Source: Gammaproteobacteria bacterium
GTDB lineage: Bacteria; Pseudomonadota; Gammaproteobacteria; UBA12402
Length of the DNA: 56,516 nucleotides
Assembly: GCA_016930035.1 (NCBI GenBank)
Contig: JAFGHQ010000044.1
Span: 1 to 56,516 of the forward strand
Direction: 5' to 3'
In this document: positions 27,339 through 36,938 of the stretch, piece by piece
Position numbering within the stretch: position 1 is the stretch's first letter
Layout: every line of letters starts with the position of its first letter
Notes under the pieces: generated by a model
Seen by the model: the letters and a program-made list of their open reading frames with translations, nothing else
Told to the model about the DNA's origin: nothing
The model's database searches: none
Translations under genes and position numbers: made by a program

Positions 27339-28367
27339 GTGACCGCAAAAACTAATACTAATGATAAACTAAAAAAAGCGAATCGAGTCTTAGAAGAAAT
27401 TGCAAAAACCATCCCTCATATCACGCCTGTGACTCCAGCAGATAGAGCATTATTTGAGGATTTCTTTAACCGAGAAGCGCGCCATACCTACGGGAATTCC
27501 TGGATTTATGTGACCCAGGGAGTCTATGGCATTGGGCCTAACAATCTAGGCTATAAATACTATGACGGCGAAAATTTATGCATGCTCTGCATTTATCCCA
27601 AGATAGAACAGCCTGATATTTTGATGATGTACTGGGTTAGACCATTAGGTAACAGCATGCTTGACATTATTGCAGCCTTAGCTACTCAGATTCAGAAAAA
27701 ATATGGCATATCTTGCTATGTCAAAAAACTTTTTAAAGATCAATATGATTATTTAGTGGCAAAAGGATTTAAAGACGCCAGGCTATTCCCTTGGCATTCC
27801 TCTTGTCCCTTAGAAGATGATACTTTCCCAGAAATGATATTCAATAGAATAGAAACATTAAACGCTGTTAGAACATCTGGGAGAAAAAAGGATATAGGAA
27901 ACTCTTTTAGAGAAGCATTAAAATTAGCTTGGGATAATAAAATGGAATTAACAGAAAAAAATTTTTCTAAGAACGCTTTCAAAATAACACAACAATATTT
28001 TGAAGACTTATATAAAAATACTAAAAAAATTAACATATCAAGTGTTATTGACTATATCAATATGATTTCTGATAGCTTTTATGGAGATAATATCAGGAAA
28101 CTAATTTTGGTTAATGATGTCCCGATGGGCTTTTTTATAACTCAGACATCTACCATATTCAACACAAACAACATATATGCGCACTTTGCATTACGTGAAA
28201 GATTAAAATATTTATCAGATTATTTATTGATAAAATTATTTGAAACCTGTGGCTCAACTTATATCAACTGGGGAGGTTCAGAAGATATAGGGATACATCG
28301 ATTCAAAGCTAAATATCACCCAATAAAAAAAAATAAAATGTATTGGGTTACCAATTATCCCTTATAG
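27339..28367 (+). CDS. Hypothetical protein, possibly DUF2156-like (MprF/LysX C-terminal, double-GNAT fold)
   Basis: 342 aa with a GTG start. The spacing pattern (ITPVTPADRALFEDFF..NSWIY..YKYYDGENLCML..RPLG..) resembles my memory of stand-alone DUF2156 proteins. No catalytic motif was verified. Confidence 0.35.
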   Translation: MTAKTNTNDKLKKANRVLEEIAKTIPHITPVTPADRALFEDFFNREARHTYGNSWIYVTQGVYGIGPNNLGYKYYDGENLCMLCIYPKIEQPDILMMYWVRPLGNSMLDIIAALATQIQKKYGISCYVKKLFKDQYDYLVAKGFKDARLFPWHSSCPLEDDTFPEMIFNRIETLNAVRTSGRKKDIGNSFREALKLAWDNKMELTEKNFSKNAFKITQQYFEDLYKNTKKINISSVIDYINMISDSFYGDNIRKLILVNDVPMGFFITQTSTIFNTNNIYAHFALRERLKYLSDYLLIKLFETCGSTYINWGGSEDIGIHRFKAKYHPIKKNKMYWVTNYPL

Positions 28368-29149
28368 GGTTTTAAAACTCTCCATATAAACTCAAAAATA
28401 GCTTTGTTATTTTGATAAACATTTGAATCACTAATCATGATACCATTAATGCTTGAGTTAAAGTTTACAATGGCAACATTATCATCAAACATCATATAAT
28501 CTATTACCGACAGATTAGCTTCAGATGGGGCTATTCTACAATGATAGCGGGTTTGGGGCATTTTCAAAGCATAATCTCTTGCCTCTAGGGAATCTTCTAC
28601 AATTTCCCACATCTGCATGTCCTCTCTTGCCTCTAGCACTTCAATAAATTTGTTTGGATTGTTTGGAAACGCATTTGATAATTTTTTACAGTTTAAATAG
28701 GCTCTAAATTCCTTTGCTTTCGACGCCTCTTCATAAATGAATCTTACCTCATTTTTGCCATGATAATATCTAACTTCCATATTATTCGTATTAGACTCTT
28801 GTGTTTCCTTAACTAATCCAGAAAGCTTTTCAATAATAGACGGAAGTTGCTTTTCCGCCAAAGCCAACTCAGATTTTTTCTGCTCCATTAAGATAGCTAA
28901 TTTTTCTGGTGGTTCTGCAAATAATGCTCGCCTTGATCCTTGTCCTTTATGAACTTGCTTAATGAGATTTTTTTGCAAAAGTGTTTCTAAGTTGGCATGA
29001 ACAGTTGGACGTTTAATACCTGTAGCTTCGGCAGCTTCTAAAACCGTAGTGGGACTATTTTTGAGAAGATACAAATAGAGTTCTACTTCTTTATCACTTA
29101 ACTCAAATTTTTTGGTTAAAAATTCATAAATTTCTGCTGAAATATCCAT
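28355..29149 (-). CDS. TrmB-family transcriptional regulator
   Basis: N-terminal winged HTH (LSDKEVELYLYLLKNSPTTVLEAAEATGIKRPTVHANLETLLQKNLIKQV), then a coiled linker and a C-terminal effector-like domain. The 3' end overlaps the convergent gene by 13 nt. Confidence 0.7.
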   Translation of the reverse strand: MDISAEIYEFLTKKFELSDKEVELYLYLLKNSPTTVLEAAEATGIKRPTVHANLETLLQKNLIKQVHKGQGSRRALFAEPPEKLAILMEQKKSELALAEKQLPSIIEKLSGLVKETQESNTNNMEVRYYHGKNEVRFIYEEASKAKEFRAYLNCKKLSNAFPNNPNKFIEVLEAREDMQMWEIVEDSLEARDYALKMPQTRYHCRIAPSEANLSVIDYMMFDDNVAIVNFNSSINGIMISDSNVYQNNKAIFEFIWRVLKPYKG

Positions 29150-29509
29150 AAAATTTCATAAAAAATATTGACAAACATTAACTATTAACAAGTTAATCGC
29201 CCCTTAAGCCCAATTATAATAGAAAATATATAATACAAAATCTGTCAATGTCAATTTATTTTTAAATGTTTTTATTAGATATTAACATTTCCTTGACAAT
29301 GTTCATTTCCATGTTACGCTATGCTTGTGGTTAAGTTTGAGCGGTGGAGCTTGAAAAATAATGCCTGCTTAAACACGAACTTAAGGCCTCCAATAACATA
29401 AAAACAACTACTTTTAAGATACGTGTTAAGTCTAATAACACCATAACGGGCTATTCTTGAGTAGGACGCCACCGCTCTCTTTGGTTTCAACACTTTGAGA
29501 GTATATCTT

Positions 29510-30001
29510 ATGGACATTTCAGCGACAACTATTCCTAGGCCAGAATATTTTAATGATAGAGCTTTCCCTTCTATTTCGCGTTCTTCAAAAAAACATTCCA
29601 AAACTTCAAAACGCGCACAGCCTTTCCATATTTTAATTGTCGAAGATAACAATATTGAACAGCATATTTATCGCGTCATCGTAGAGGAACGAGGTTTTGA
29701 ATGTACTATCGTAGGAACGGGCAAAGAAGCTTTAGAACAGTTTGCTAAAGGCGATTATCATGCCATGATTTTAGATGTGGGTTTGCCCGATATGACTGGA
29801 ATCGATGTGTGCGAAAAAATTCGTCAAGCAGAACTTAAAACGCATGCCCATTTGCCCATTCTTGTGATGACGGCTTATGGGGATATGGTTGAGGAGCAAT
29901 GTCGAAAGGCGGGCTGTGATGATTTTGCTACTAAGCCAGTTCTAGAAGCTTCTACCTATGACCATTTTTTCAATTCTTGGCTTCCTAAAAATCCTCAGTA
30001 A
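29510..30001 (+). CDS. Stand-alone response-regulator receiver (CheY-like) with a ~40-aa N-terminal extension
   Basis: ILIVEDNN acidic pocket, phospho-acceptor context AMILDVGLPDMTG, VMTAYG (Thr) and ATKP (Lys). There is no output domain. The ATG at 29510 lies inside the track ORF that starts with TTG at 29495. Confidence 0.8.
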   Translation: MDISATTIPRPEYFNDRAFPSISRSSKKHSKTSKRAQPFHILIVEDNNIEQHIYRVIVEERGFECTIVGTGKEALEQFAKGDYHAMILDVGLPDMTGIDVCEKIRQAELKTHAHLPILVMTAYGDMVEEQCRKAGCDDFATKPVLEASTYDHFFNSWLPKNPQ

Positions 30002-30023
30002 GACCAATTTTATCCCCGCTTCT

Positions 30024-33000
30024 TTATTTTGACGTCATTTTTTCATGTAATCTTTTGGCTTGTAAAACAAACGCTTCTAAATTGGCTTCGACCATTTGAG
30101 GGAAAGGATTGCCATCTGTTTCTAAAAATAAACACGGAAAAGTATCCATATCTTTATATTGAAGTGCGACTTGTTCCTCGCCGCGTATTCGTTGCTTGCC
30201 CGCAACGTTCATTTCTTTGCGTAAAATGGCTTCCGCCACGCGAGATGGCATGCAACCAAAAGGACCAATACAAATCACGCCACAAGAAGTGTGTAAAATC
30301 TCTCGTAATGCTAAGCCAACGGTTAATATTCCTTCTCCTTCCAGTCTCTTATGAATTAAATGATGTGCAGTTTGTATGGTTTTAGCAACGTCGATCATCT
30401 CATATCGATATAATCCGGATTTCGCTAATATCGATTTAATATACTTTTCCCACCATTTTTGAATTTGAGTGATGATTTTAATTTTAATGCGTTCAAGAAA
30501 GGAGAACTGAGTACCATTGATTTTATGATTCATAATGTAATTGCTGTAACAAATATATTCACTGACGGGCGCGACTTTGACCATGAAACCACGCTCTTCC
30601 AGATAATCGATAATATTTTTGCGAGAAAACTCCTCATTTCTGACATAAATTTCACCCACCAAAGAAATCACAGGAACAGTCCGCGGATCTTTTCGTAATG
30701 GGATTTGCACAAGCCGTTTATTGACGGTCGTCAATGTTTTCGTTAAAGAATACGTGGATGTGCCGGCAAAATAAGGTAACAATAGGTTTTGCCAGAGCGC
30801 TTCATATTCCGCTAAAGCTGCATCCTTATTTTGTGCTGTAACGGCCAGCATACTTTTGATTTGATCTAACACTTCAGCAATAACCATCACTTGCCAGCTA
30901 CGGAGTAATATTTTGTTACCCAAACCTGCGTAACCATTTTCATCGCTAATAGTTAATACCGCCACATTGGATAATTGATGCTTTTCGATAACGTTTTCCA
31001 ATGCTTTGGCATACTGTCCTAAGCGGCAAGGGCCTTTGCCCGTCGCCATTAAAAATAAAATGATTTTATTGTTGTTGGGTTTGGTTTTTAGCGCTGACAA
31101 AAAAGAACCCGTTGTGAGTATGTACGGCAAACATTCTTTGCAGAGCGTATTTTTCTTGCCTTCCAGCAAGACATCTTTATCAGGGACAGGCAAAGCCCGC
31201 GCTTGAATCCCAAAACGACGAAATATGGCTGAAATTGCTTCCGTACCTAGTCTTCCTAGCGGCGGAAGCCAAACTTCGACTTGTGGGTCACGTAAGGAAT
31301 ATTGAGTGTTATCCGCAGTAATAACGTAGGGTTCTTTACCATAAACAACGCGCACAGGTTTATACGGTGCGCTTGTTACTTTAGATGTTGAGTTAAACAC
31401 AGTTCGGTACGCCTTCATGATACTAAGCGCGGCTTCAATCCGAGTGTCTATGCCTGCATCGGCGGTATGCTGATCAAGCTCTATGGTCAGCGACGGTTTT
31501 GTGCCCATATCATGACGAAAATACCCCAGCACAAAAGAATCGGGGCCACAAGAGAAGTTCGTGATATAAAAACCAAATAAATTTTCTTTTTCTTTGATCA
31601 TCTGAGCTGTTTGCAAAATTTTCTGGCCCATCGCCCAATATACTTTTTCATCGCATTGGTAGTTTTTAAGCGGCAGCATATCAAATGGAATAGTCATGAT
31701 CCCTCTAGAGGCTATTTTATGGGGGATGCCCATGTTCACATCGTCAGCAAAAGCATTATAAGGCCGACCCAAAAGTACGATACCAAAAGTTTGGGGGTGA
31801 GCATCTAAATAAGCTAGCGCTTTTTTGCCATAGTCTAATAATTCTTGTTCAAATTGATATTGTTTTTGGGAAGCCTCATCAAATGCTTTTTCAGCCAATT
31901 TTTTAGATACTCCCATTTCTAATGCCATATTCATGAAAAGGTCTCTTGCTTGCTCATAGCCTTGATTCATGTTCAAAATAGGCGAGAGGATTTGGGTGTG
32001 AACTTGATTAATTTCCTTGCGGAAAGTTGTTTTTAAATAATAAGGTTCCCCTTGAACAAAAACACAGGTTTTACTGTGAATTTTCGCATCAGGTTTTGAT
32101 ATCGGAATTTCTTTAATGTGTGGCAAAAAAATATAATCGAGGTCTTTTTTAATTAAATGGAGAAAACTGCCGTGACTTATTTCTGCTGGCAGGCAAAATG
32201 AGGATTCAATACGAGCAATGCCAGCAGGATCAATACGATCAGCTAGAACGATCTCAAAACCGAGTTGGTGAAAAAAGTGTGTATAAAGTACCGCCAAGGA
32301 GTGCGTTAAAAAAGAGCGCATGATCCCAACTGTTTTTCGTTTTTCGGCATGATATTGGGCATTTGACGGAAAATAATCACGAAACAACAAACGTTGTCGT
32401 ATAGCAACATAATTAAATTCGCCGGGATTTACTTCATGATGAAGTCTTAAGTTGTAGTAGCGATCGCATGCCCCACCGAACGGGTACATCTTGTCGTTGA
32501 TTTTTATTTTGGCAATTTCACATTTTCGATCACAGCGCTCCTTGCCTCCCGCGCAGACGAAATGACCCACTGTTTCTGCTTTTCTGGTGATTAATTCATC
32601 AAGATTCACGTTTTCAGGGGACATTAATCCGAGCTCTAGTTGCTTTTTTACTTCCAGCGCCACCCCGAAAGCTCCCATCAGACCTGGGTCCGGAGGTACG
32701 ACAATGGGCGTTTTGAGCAAGGATGCCATAGCAACAGGTACGGCTTTGTTATAACACACACCACCTTGCATGAATATTTTTTTATCAACAGGTCGCGCCC
32801 CCTTCACTCTATTAATATAGTTTAAGCAAATGGAATAGACGAGACCTGCAAGAATGTCGTTTTTGCTGATCCCTTCTTGACCAGCGCGCTTGATATCGCT
32901 CGATATAAATGCTGCGCATTGATCCGTAAAATTTGGTGGTGTTTGCCCTTGCAAAGCCAAATCCCCAATCTCTTCCGTGGGAATGTTTAATGATTCTTTG

Positions 33001-34319
33001 GAAGATTCCTCAATAAAAGAACCTGTGCCGGCACTACAAGCTTCATTCATCGCGTAATCAGAAGGAACGCCGCCAGTTAAATAGGTATATTTAGCATCTT
33101 GGCCGCCAATTTCAAAAATAGTATCCACGTCCGGATCAAAAAAAGCCGCGGCAGTAGCATGAGCAATGATCTCATTAATAACAAAACGAGAGAGTGCATG
33201 TAGTGCTGCGATCTGTCGACCCGAACCTGTCACACCTAAGCCAACAATTTTGATAGGCACATCACCAATTTGTTCTCGAATGGCTTTATAACACATCTTT
33301 GATGCTTCAATAGGGTTACCATTCGTGCGCCCGTAAACCGAGGCAGCAATTTTTTGTTTTTCTTTATGGAGCAATACTGCTTTAGTGGTAGTTGAACCAA
33401 CATCGAGCCCTAAAATACAAATATCCCCTTCAACGAGTTTAATACGGCTACTTTCTTTAAAATGAATGAGGGAAGTGGATTTATGAAGCGGTTCATGGAA
33501 TCCGAAGGAATAGGTGGTTTTGTTGACTATTTGTTGAAGGTTATCAGGTACTTTTATACATTCATTTTCCAACGCCCACAAAGCGGCGCCATAAGCTTCA
33601 AATGTAGCTGATAGTTTTGGCACTTCAACGCTTGGCAATCGGTTTGATAAAATTTGGATCAAAGTGGGATTAAGTGAGCCCCCGCCGATAAAAGTTATTT
33701 TTTCACATTCCTTATCTTTAACCAGTTCTAGCATTCTGTCAGCCATCATGTGACAAAGGCCTGCAACGATATTTGGGCGAGGTTCCCCTTTGTTGAGAGC
33801 GTGTGTACAATCACTTTTGCAAAATACACTGCAACGGCCTGCTATTTTGTGAGGAGTACCATGACTGCTGAGTTTAATAGCTTCTTCCAACGTCAAATTC
33901 ATCCTTTTAATTTGCTGTAGGAAGAATTCTCCCGTTCCAGAAGCGCATTTATTACCCGAATAAACTGCAATGATATGACCGTTGGGGCTTATTTTGTAGG
34001 CGAGCTGGGTTTCTCCTCCAGAGCTAATGACAAAATCAGGAAAATCGGAGGCCACATATTCTTTTTGTATAGCATGTTCAAGGGCTACTGCCTCAGCAAT
34101 CGAACTTAATTGGACATTTTTTCTAAAACTTCTTCCTGTAACCGCAAGCTTATCAATCGTGGTTAAATCAAGCGTGTTGAGAAAATTCAGGAAAGTTTTT
34201 TTCGGATCACCTTCGTGGAGAATTCTATGAGAAGATTCTACACGGGTGACATCAGCATCATTATACAGTAAGACGTTTTGTAATGTGGTCGCTCCAAAAC
34301 ATATGCCTAACGTGCGCAT
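30024..34319 (-). CDS. 1431-aa fusion protein. Two BcrAD/BadFG-type (HgdC-like) activase ATPase domains are joined to DUF2229/2-hydroxyacyl-CoA-dehydratase-like Cys-rich domains.
   Basis: Domain 2 has the canonical LGLDVGSTTTK, EIGGQD and cluster Cys contexts (EACSAGTGSF, DQCAAF). Domain 1 has a degenerate GICFGATT but keeps NKCASGTGEF and GRCSVF. Cys-rich motifs lie downstream (CAGGKERCDRKCE, GACDRYYN, FSCGPDSF, GKGPCRLGQY, CIGPFGCMPSR). Confidence 0.8.
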   Translation of the reverse strand: MRTLGICFGATTLQNVLLYNDADVTRVESSHRILHEGDPKKTFLNFLNTLDLTTIDKLAVTGRSFRKNVQLSSIAEAVALEHAIQKEYVASDFPDFVISSGGETQLAYKISPNGHIIAVYSGNKCASGTGEFFLQQIKRMNLTLEEAIKLSSHGTPHKIAGRCSVFCKSDCTHALNKGEPRPNIVAGLCHMMADRMLELVKDKECEKITFIGGGSLNPTLIQILSNRLPSVEVPKLSATFEAYGAALWALENECIKVPDNLQQIVNKTTYSFGFHEPLHKSTSLIHFKESSRIKLVEGDICILGLDVGSTTTKAVLLHKEKQKIAASVYGRTNGNPIEASKMCYKAIREQIGDVPIKIVGLGVTGSGRQIAALHALSRFVINEIIAHATAAAFFDPDVDTIFEIGGQDAKYTYLTGGVPSDYAMNEACSAGTGSFIEESSKESLNIPTEEIGDLALQGQTPPNFTDQCAAFISSDIKRAGQEGISKNDILAGLVYSICLNYINRVKGARPVDKKIFMQGGVCYNKAVPVAMASLLKTPIVVPPDPGLMGAFGVALEVKKQLELGLMSPENVNLDELITRKAETVGHFVCAGGKERCDRKCEIAKIKINDKMYPFGGACDRYYNLRLHHEVNPGEFNYVAIRQRLLFRDYFPSNAQYHAEKRKTVGIMRSFLTHSLAVLYTHFFHQLGFEIVLADRIDPAGIARIESSFCLPAEISHGSFLHLIKKDLDYIFLPHIKEIPISKPDAKIHSKTCVFVQGEPYYLKTTFRKEINQVHTQILSPILNMNQGYEQARDLFMNMALEMGVSKKLAEKAFDEASQKQYQFEQELLDYGKKALAYLDAHPQTFGIVLLGRPYNAFADDVNMGIPHKIASRGIMTIPFDMLPLKNYQCDEKVYWAMGQKILQTAQMIKEKENLFGFYITNFSCGPDSFVLGYFRHDMGTKPSLTIELDQHTADAGIDTRIEAALSIMKAYRTVFNSTSKVTSAPYKPVRVVYGKEPYVITADNTQYSLRDPQVEVWLPPLGRLGTEAISAIFRRFGIQARALPVPDKDVLLEGKKNTLCKECLPYILTTGSFLSALKTKPNNNKIILFLMATGKGPCRLGQYAKALENVIEKHQLSNVAVLTISDENGYAGLGNKILLRSWQVMVIAEVLDQIKSMLAVTAQNKDAALAEYEALWQNLLLPYFAGTSTYSLTKTLTTVNKRLVQIPLRKDPRTVPVISLVGEIYVRNEEFSRKNIIDYLEERGFMVKVAPVSEYICYSNYIMNHKINGTQFSFLERIKIKIITQIQKWWEKYIKSILAKSGLYRYEMIDVAKTIQTAHHLIHKRLEGEGILTVGLALREILHTSCGVICIGPFGCMPSRVAEAILRKEMNVAGKQRIRGEEQVALQYKDMDTFPCLFLETDGNPFPQMVEANLEAFVLQAKRLHEKMTSK

Positions 34320-34397
34320 GGTTTTTTCTACTTTTATGATGAATCAATATGAATATTCGATCTGGTTGATGCAACAACGCCTTTTTAAATCAAGTGC

Positions 34398-34844
34398 TTA
34401 CTTGCTTTTTTCTTGCTGTTGAAGTTGCTGCCGATAGAGCGCATCAAAATTTACTGGCGCTAAATTTAATTGGGGCAATCCTGCATGCATAATTAAATTA
34501 GCGATCATTTCTCGAGCGTAGGGAAATAAAACACTCGGACAATAAGCCCCTAAAAGATGACTCAACTGAGCCTCATTAAAGCCTTCTGCACTAAAGATAC
34601 CTGCCTGCTCCAGTTCAACAAGAAAAATAACTTTTTCACCCTCTTTGGCGGTAATCGTGGCGGATAAAACAACCTCATAAAAATGATCGCCTAATGGAGT
34701 ATCATGAACATTCAAATCGACAAACAATTCGGATTGTTCTTTTTGTTTAAATGCTTCTGGCAAACCAGGCGTTTCTAAAGAAATATCTTTCACATAAATT
34801 TGTTCGATATTCAAATTTTGAGTCGTTTGCTGTTCTTCAGTCAT
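34398..34844 (-). CDS. secB: Protein-export chaperone SecB
   Basis: Typical SecB sequence (IEQIYVKDISLE..LLGAYCPSVLFPYAREMI..LAPVNFDALY). The ATG at 34844 has a GAGGAG RBS and removes the overlap implied by the track start at 34898. Confidence 0.9.
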   Translation of the reverse strand: MTEEQQTTQNLNIEQIYVKDISLETPGLPEAFKQKEQSELFVDLNVHDTPLGDHFYEVVLSATITAKEGEKVIFLVELEQAGIFSAEGFNEAQLSHLLGAYCPSVLFPYAREMIANLIMHAGLPQLNLAPVNFDALYRQQLQQQEKSK

Positions 34845-34864
34845 TATTTTCTCCTCAATGATGT

Positions 34865-35293
34865 TTAATGTACCAGGGGTAATCCTGCGTTTTTCCAAGC
34901 TTTAATGCCGCCAGCCAAAAGCATAGGAATGGAATCGTTTGCTTTTGTTTTTTTCAATTTTTGAATAAAATCAAGCGGTACTTCGCCCGTTTCTGTCACA
35001 AAAATAAGGGGTTTATTTTTATATGAATCTAACAAAGATGGCTGGTTTTTTAGTAAGGAAAAAGATAAATTTTTAGCTTCAGTAATATGACCATTGGAAA
35101 AATCTTGTGCTTCTCGAAGATCAATAACAACTGCATTTTTCTCATTAATCCATTGAATTAGTTCTTGAGGGGTAATGCGTTTTAATAATGAGATTCTTTC
35201 CTTAATTTCATACAATATAATAAGAAGTAAAACAAAAAGAAAAAGCGAGGCAAGAATCCAATGCTGTAATAAAAATTGAATATAGTCTTTCAT
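34865..35293 (-). CDS. yibN: Membrane-anchored rhodanese-domain protein (YibN-like)
   Basis: N-terminal TM helix plus a rhodanese fold (VVIDLREAQDFSNGHI). There is no active-site Cys in the loop (FVTETGEV), which matches my recollection of E. coli YibN. It sits upstream of secB, as in E. coli. Confidence 0.7.
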   Translation of the reverse strand: MKDYIQFLLQHWILASLFLFVLLLIILYEIKERISLLKRITPQELIQWINEKNAVVIDLREAQDFSNGHITEAKNLSFSLLKNQPSLLDSYKNKPLIFVTETGEVPLDFIQKLKKTKANDSIPMLLAGGIKAWKNAGLPLVH

Positions 35294-35371
35294 ATTAAAG
35301 GATCATTTAATTCTCGTTTGGAAAAAAGTATCATACCTTCTTAATTAAGAAGATACTAATAAAATGGATAG

Positions 35372-36937
35372 ATGTCTATGTCGAATATTGAAAAAAAACA
35401 CCCCATTATTCTCATCATTTTAGATGGTTGGGGCTATCGTGAAGAAACAAAATTTAATGCCATTGCTGCTGCAAATACGCCCACTTTTGATGATTTATGG
35501 CGGCATTATCCTCATACGCTTTTACATGCTTGCGGCAAATATGTTGGGCTTCCTGATGATCAAATGGGAAATTCTGAAGTGGGCCATTTAAATTTGGGCG
35601 CTGGGCGTGTCGTTTACCAAGATCTTACTCGAATCTCTCACGCCATCGAGACTGGTATTTTTTTTAAAAACCCCGTTTTTATTAAAGCGATCGATGATTG
35701 TATAAGAAATGACAACGCTATTCATATTTTTGGATTGCTTTCGCCAGGTGGTATTCACAGTCATGAGGAACATATTTATGCGCTGATTCGATTAGCCGAA
35801 ATGCAAGGCGCTAAAAAAGTTTACATTCATGCCTTTCTCGACGGGCGTGATACGCCCCCTAAAAGTGCTCAACAATATATAGAGCATTTGGAAAATATGA
35901 TCCAAAAAATCGGTGTTGGGCAAATTATATCACTCGTGGGCCGTTATTACGTGATGGATCGAGACAACCGATGGGATCGCGTCGAAAAAGCTTATGATTT
36001 ATTTACCGAGGGTAAAGCCGATTATCATGCTTTTTCGGCTGTTGAAGGATTAAATATCGCTTACGGCGAAGGGGAAGCCGATGAATTTGTTAAGCCAACA
36101 AGCATCCATCCAAAAAATCAAAAACCCATTACTGTCAATGATGGGGATTGCATTATTTTCATGAACTTTCGCGCGGATCGTGCCCGAGAAATTACTCGCG
36201 CATTCACCGAAAAAAACTTTACCGGATTCGCCCGAAAACGAACGATTCATTTAAGTTCTTTTATTTGTCTGACCGAATATGATTCAACTTTTAACTTACC
36301 GATTGCCTTTCCGCCTGAAAGGTTAACTCATATTTTGGGTGAAATACTTGCTGAAAATGGACTATGCCAACTGCGAATCGCTGAAACCGAAAAATATGCT
36401 CACGTCACTTTTTTCTTTAATGGGGGAATAGAAACTCCTTATAAAGGTGAAGATCGCATTCTTATTCCTTCTCCTAAAGTGGCTACTTATGATTTACAAC
36501 CTGAAATGAGCGCTCCAGAAATAACTGAAAAGCTGGTGGCCGCCATAAAAAGCCAAAAATATGATGTGATTATTTGTAACTATGCTAACTGTGATATGGT
36601 AGGACATACGGGAAATTTTAAAGCCGCAGTCAAAGCAGTGGCCTATTTAGATATTTGTTTAAAAAAGATTGTGCAAGCCTCCAAAGAAGTGGACGGCACA
36701 GTGCTCATTACAGCAGATCATGGTAATGCAGAATATATGTTTGACCCCCAAATTAAACAGCCTTACACAGCTCATACTAAAAACCCGGTTCCTTTTATTT
36801 ACGTAGGCCAAAACGCCCAAATGACAAAAATAACAACACAGGAAGGAGCGCTCTGTGATGTGGCACCCACCATATTACACTTGCTGGGATTGCCTATTCC
36901 CAAAGAAATGACAGGGGAGATATTAATTAAAAATTAA
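35372..36937 (+). CDS. gpmI: 2,3-bisphosphoglycerate-independent phosphoglycerate mutase
   Basis: 521 aa with ILIILDGWG, NSEVGHLNLGAGR, DGRDTPP, NYANCDMVGHTG and ITADHGNAE. Confidence 0.95.
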   Translation: MSMSNIEKKHPIILIILDGWGYREETKFNAIAAANTPTFDDLWRHYPHTLLHACGKYVGLPDDQMGNSEVGHLNLGAGRVVYQDLTRISHAIETGIFFKNPVFIKAIDDCIRNDNAIHIFGLLSPGGIHSHEEHIYALIRLAEMQGAKKVYIHAFLDGRDTPPKSAQQYIEHLENMIQKIGVGQIISLVGRYYVMDRDNRWDRVEKAYDLFTEGKADYHAFSAVEGLNIAYGEGEADEFVKPTSIHPKNQKPITVNDGDCIIFMNFRADRAREITRAFTEKNFTGFARKRTIHLSSFICLTEYDSTFNLPIAFPPERLTHILGEILAENGLCQLRIAETEKYAHVTFFFNGGIETPYKGEDRILIPSPKVATYDLQPEMSAPEITEKLVAAIKSQKYDVIICNYANCDMVGHTGNFKAAVKAVAYLDICLKKIVQASKEVDGTVLITADHGNAEYMFDPQIKQPYTAHTKNPVPFIYVGQNAQMTKITTQEGALCDVAPTILHLLGLPIPKEMTGEILIKN

Positions 36938-36938
36938 G

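Noticed and set aside
29314-29652. 112-aa minus-strand ORF in the TrmB/receiver spacer
   Set aside because: It overlaps the 5' part of the receiver gene in antisense, has no recognisable motif or RBS, and sits in promoter-like AT-rich DNA.
30029-34230. Seven + strand ORFs (61-118 aa) inside the 1431-aa gene, and similar antisense ORFs inside priA, lptD, mscK, alaS, mnmE, polA and others
   Set aside because: They are all antisense to long ORFs with strong family motifs, and they have no motifs of their own. They are typical shadow ORFs.
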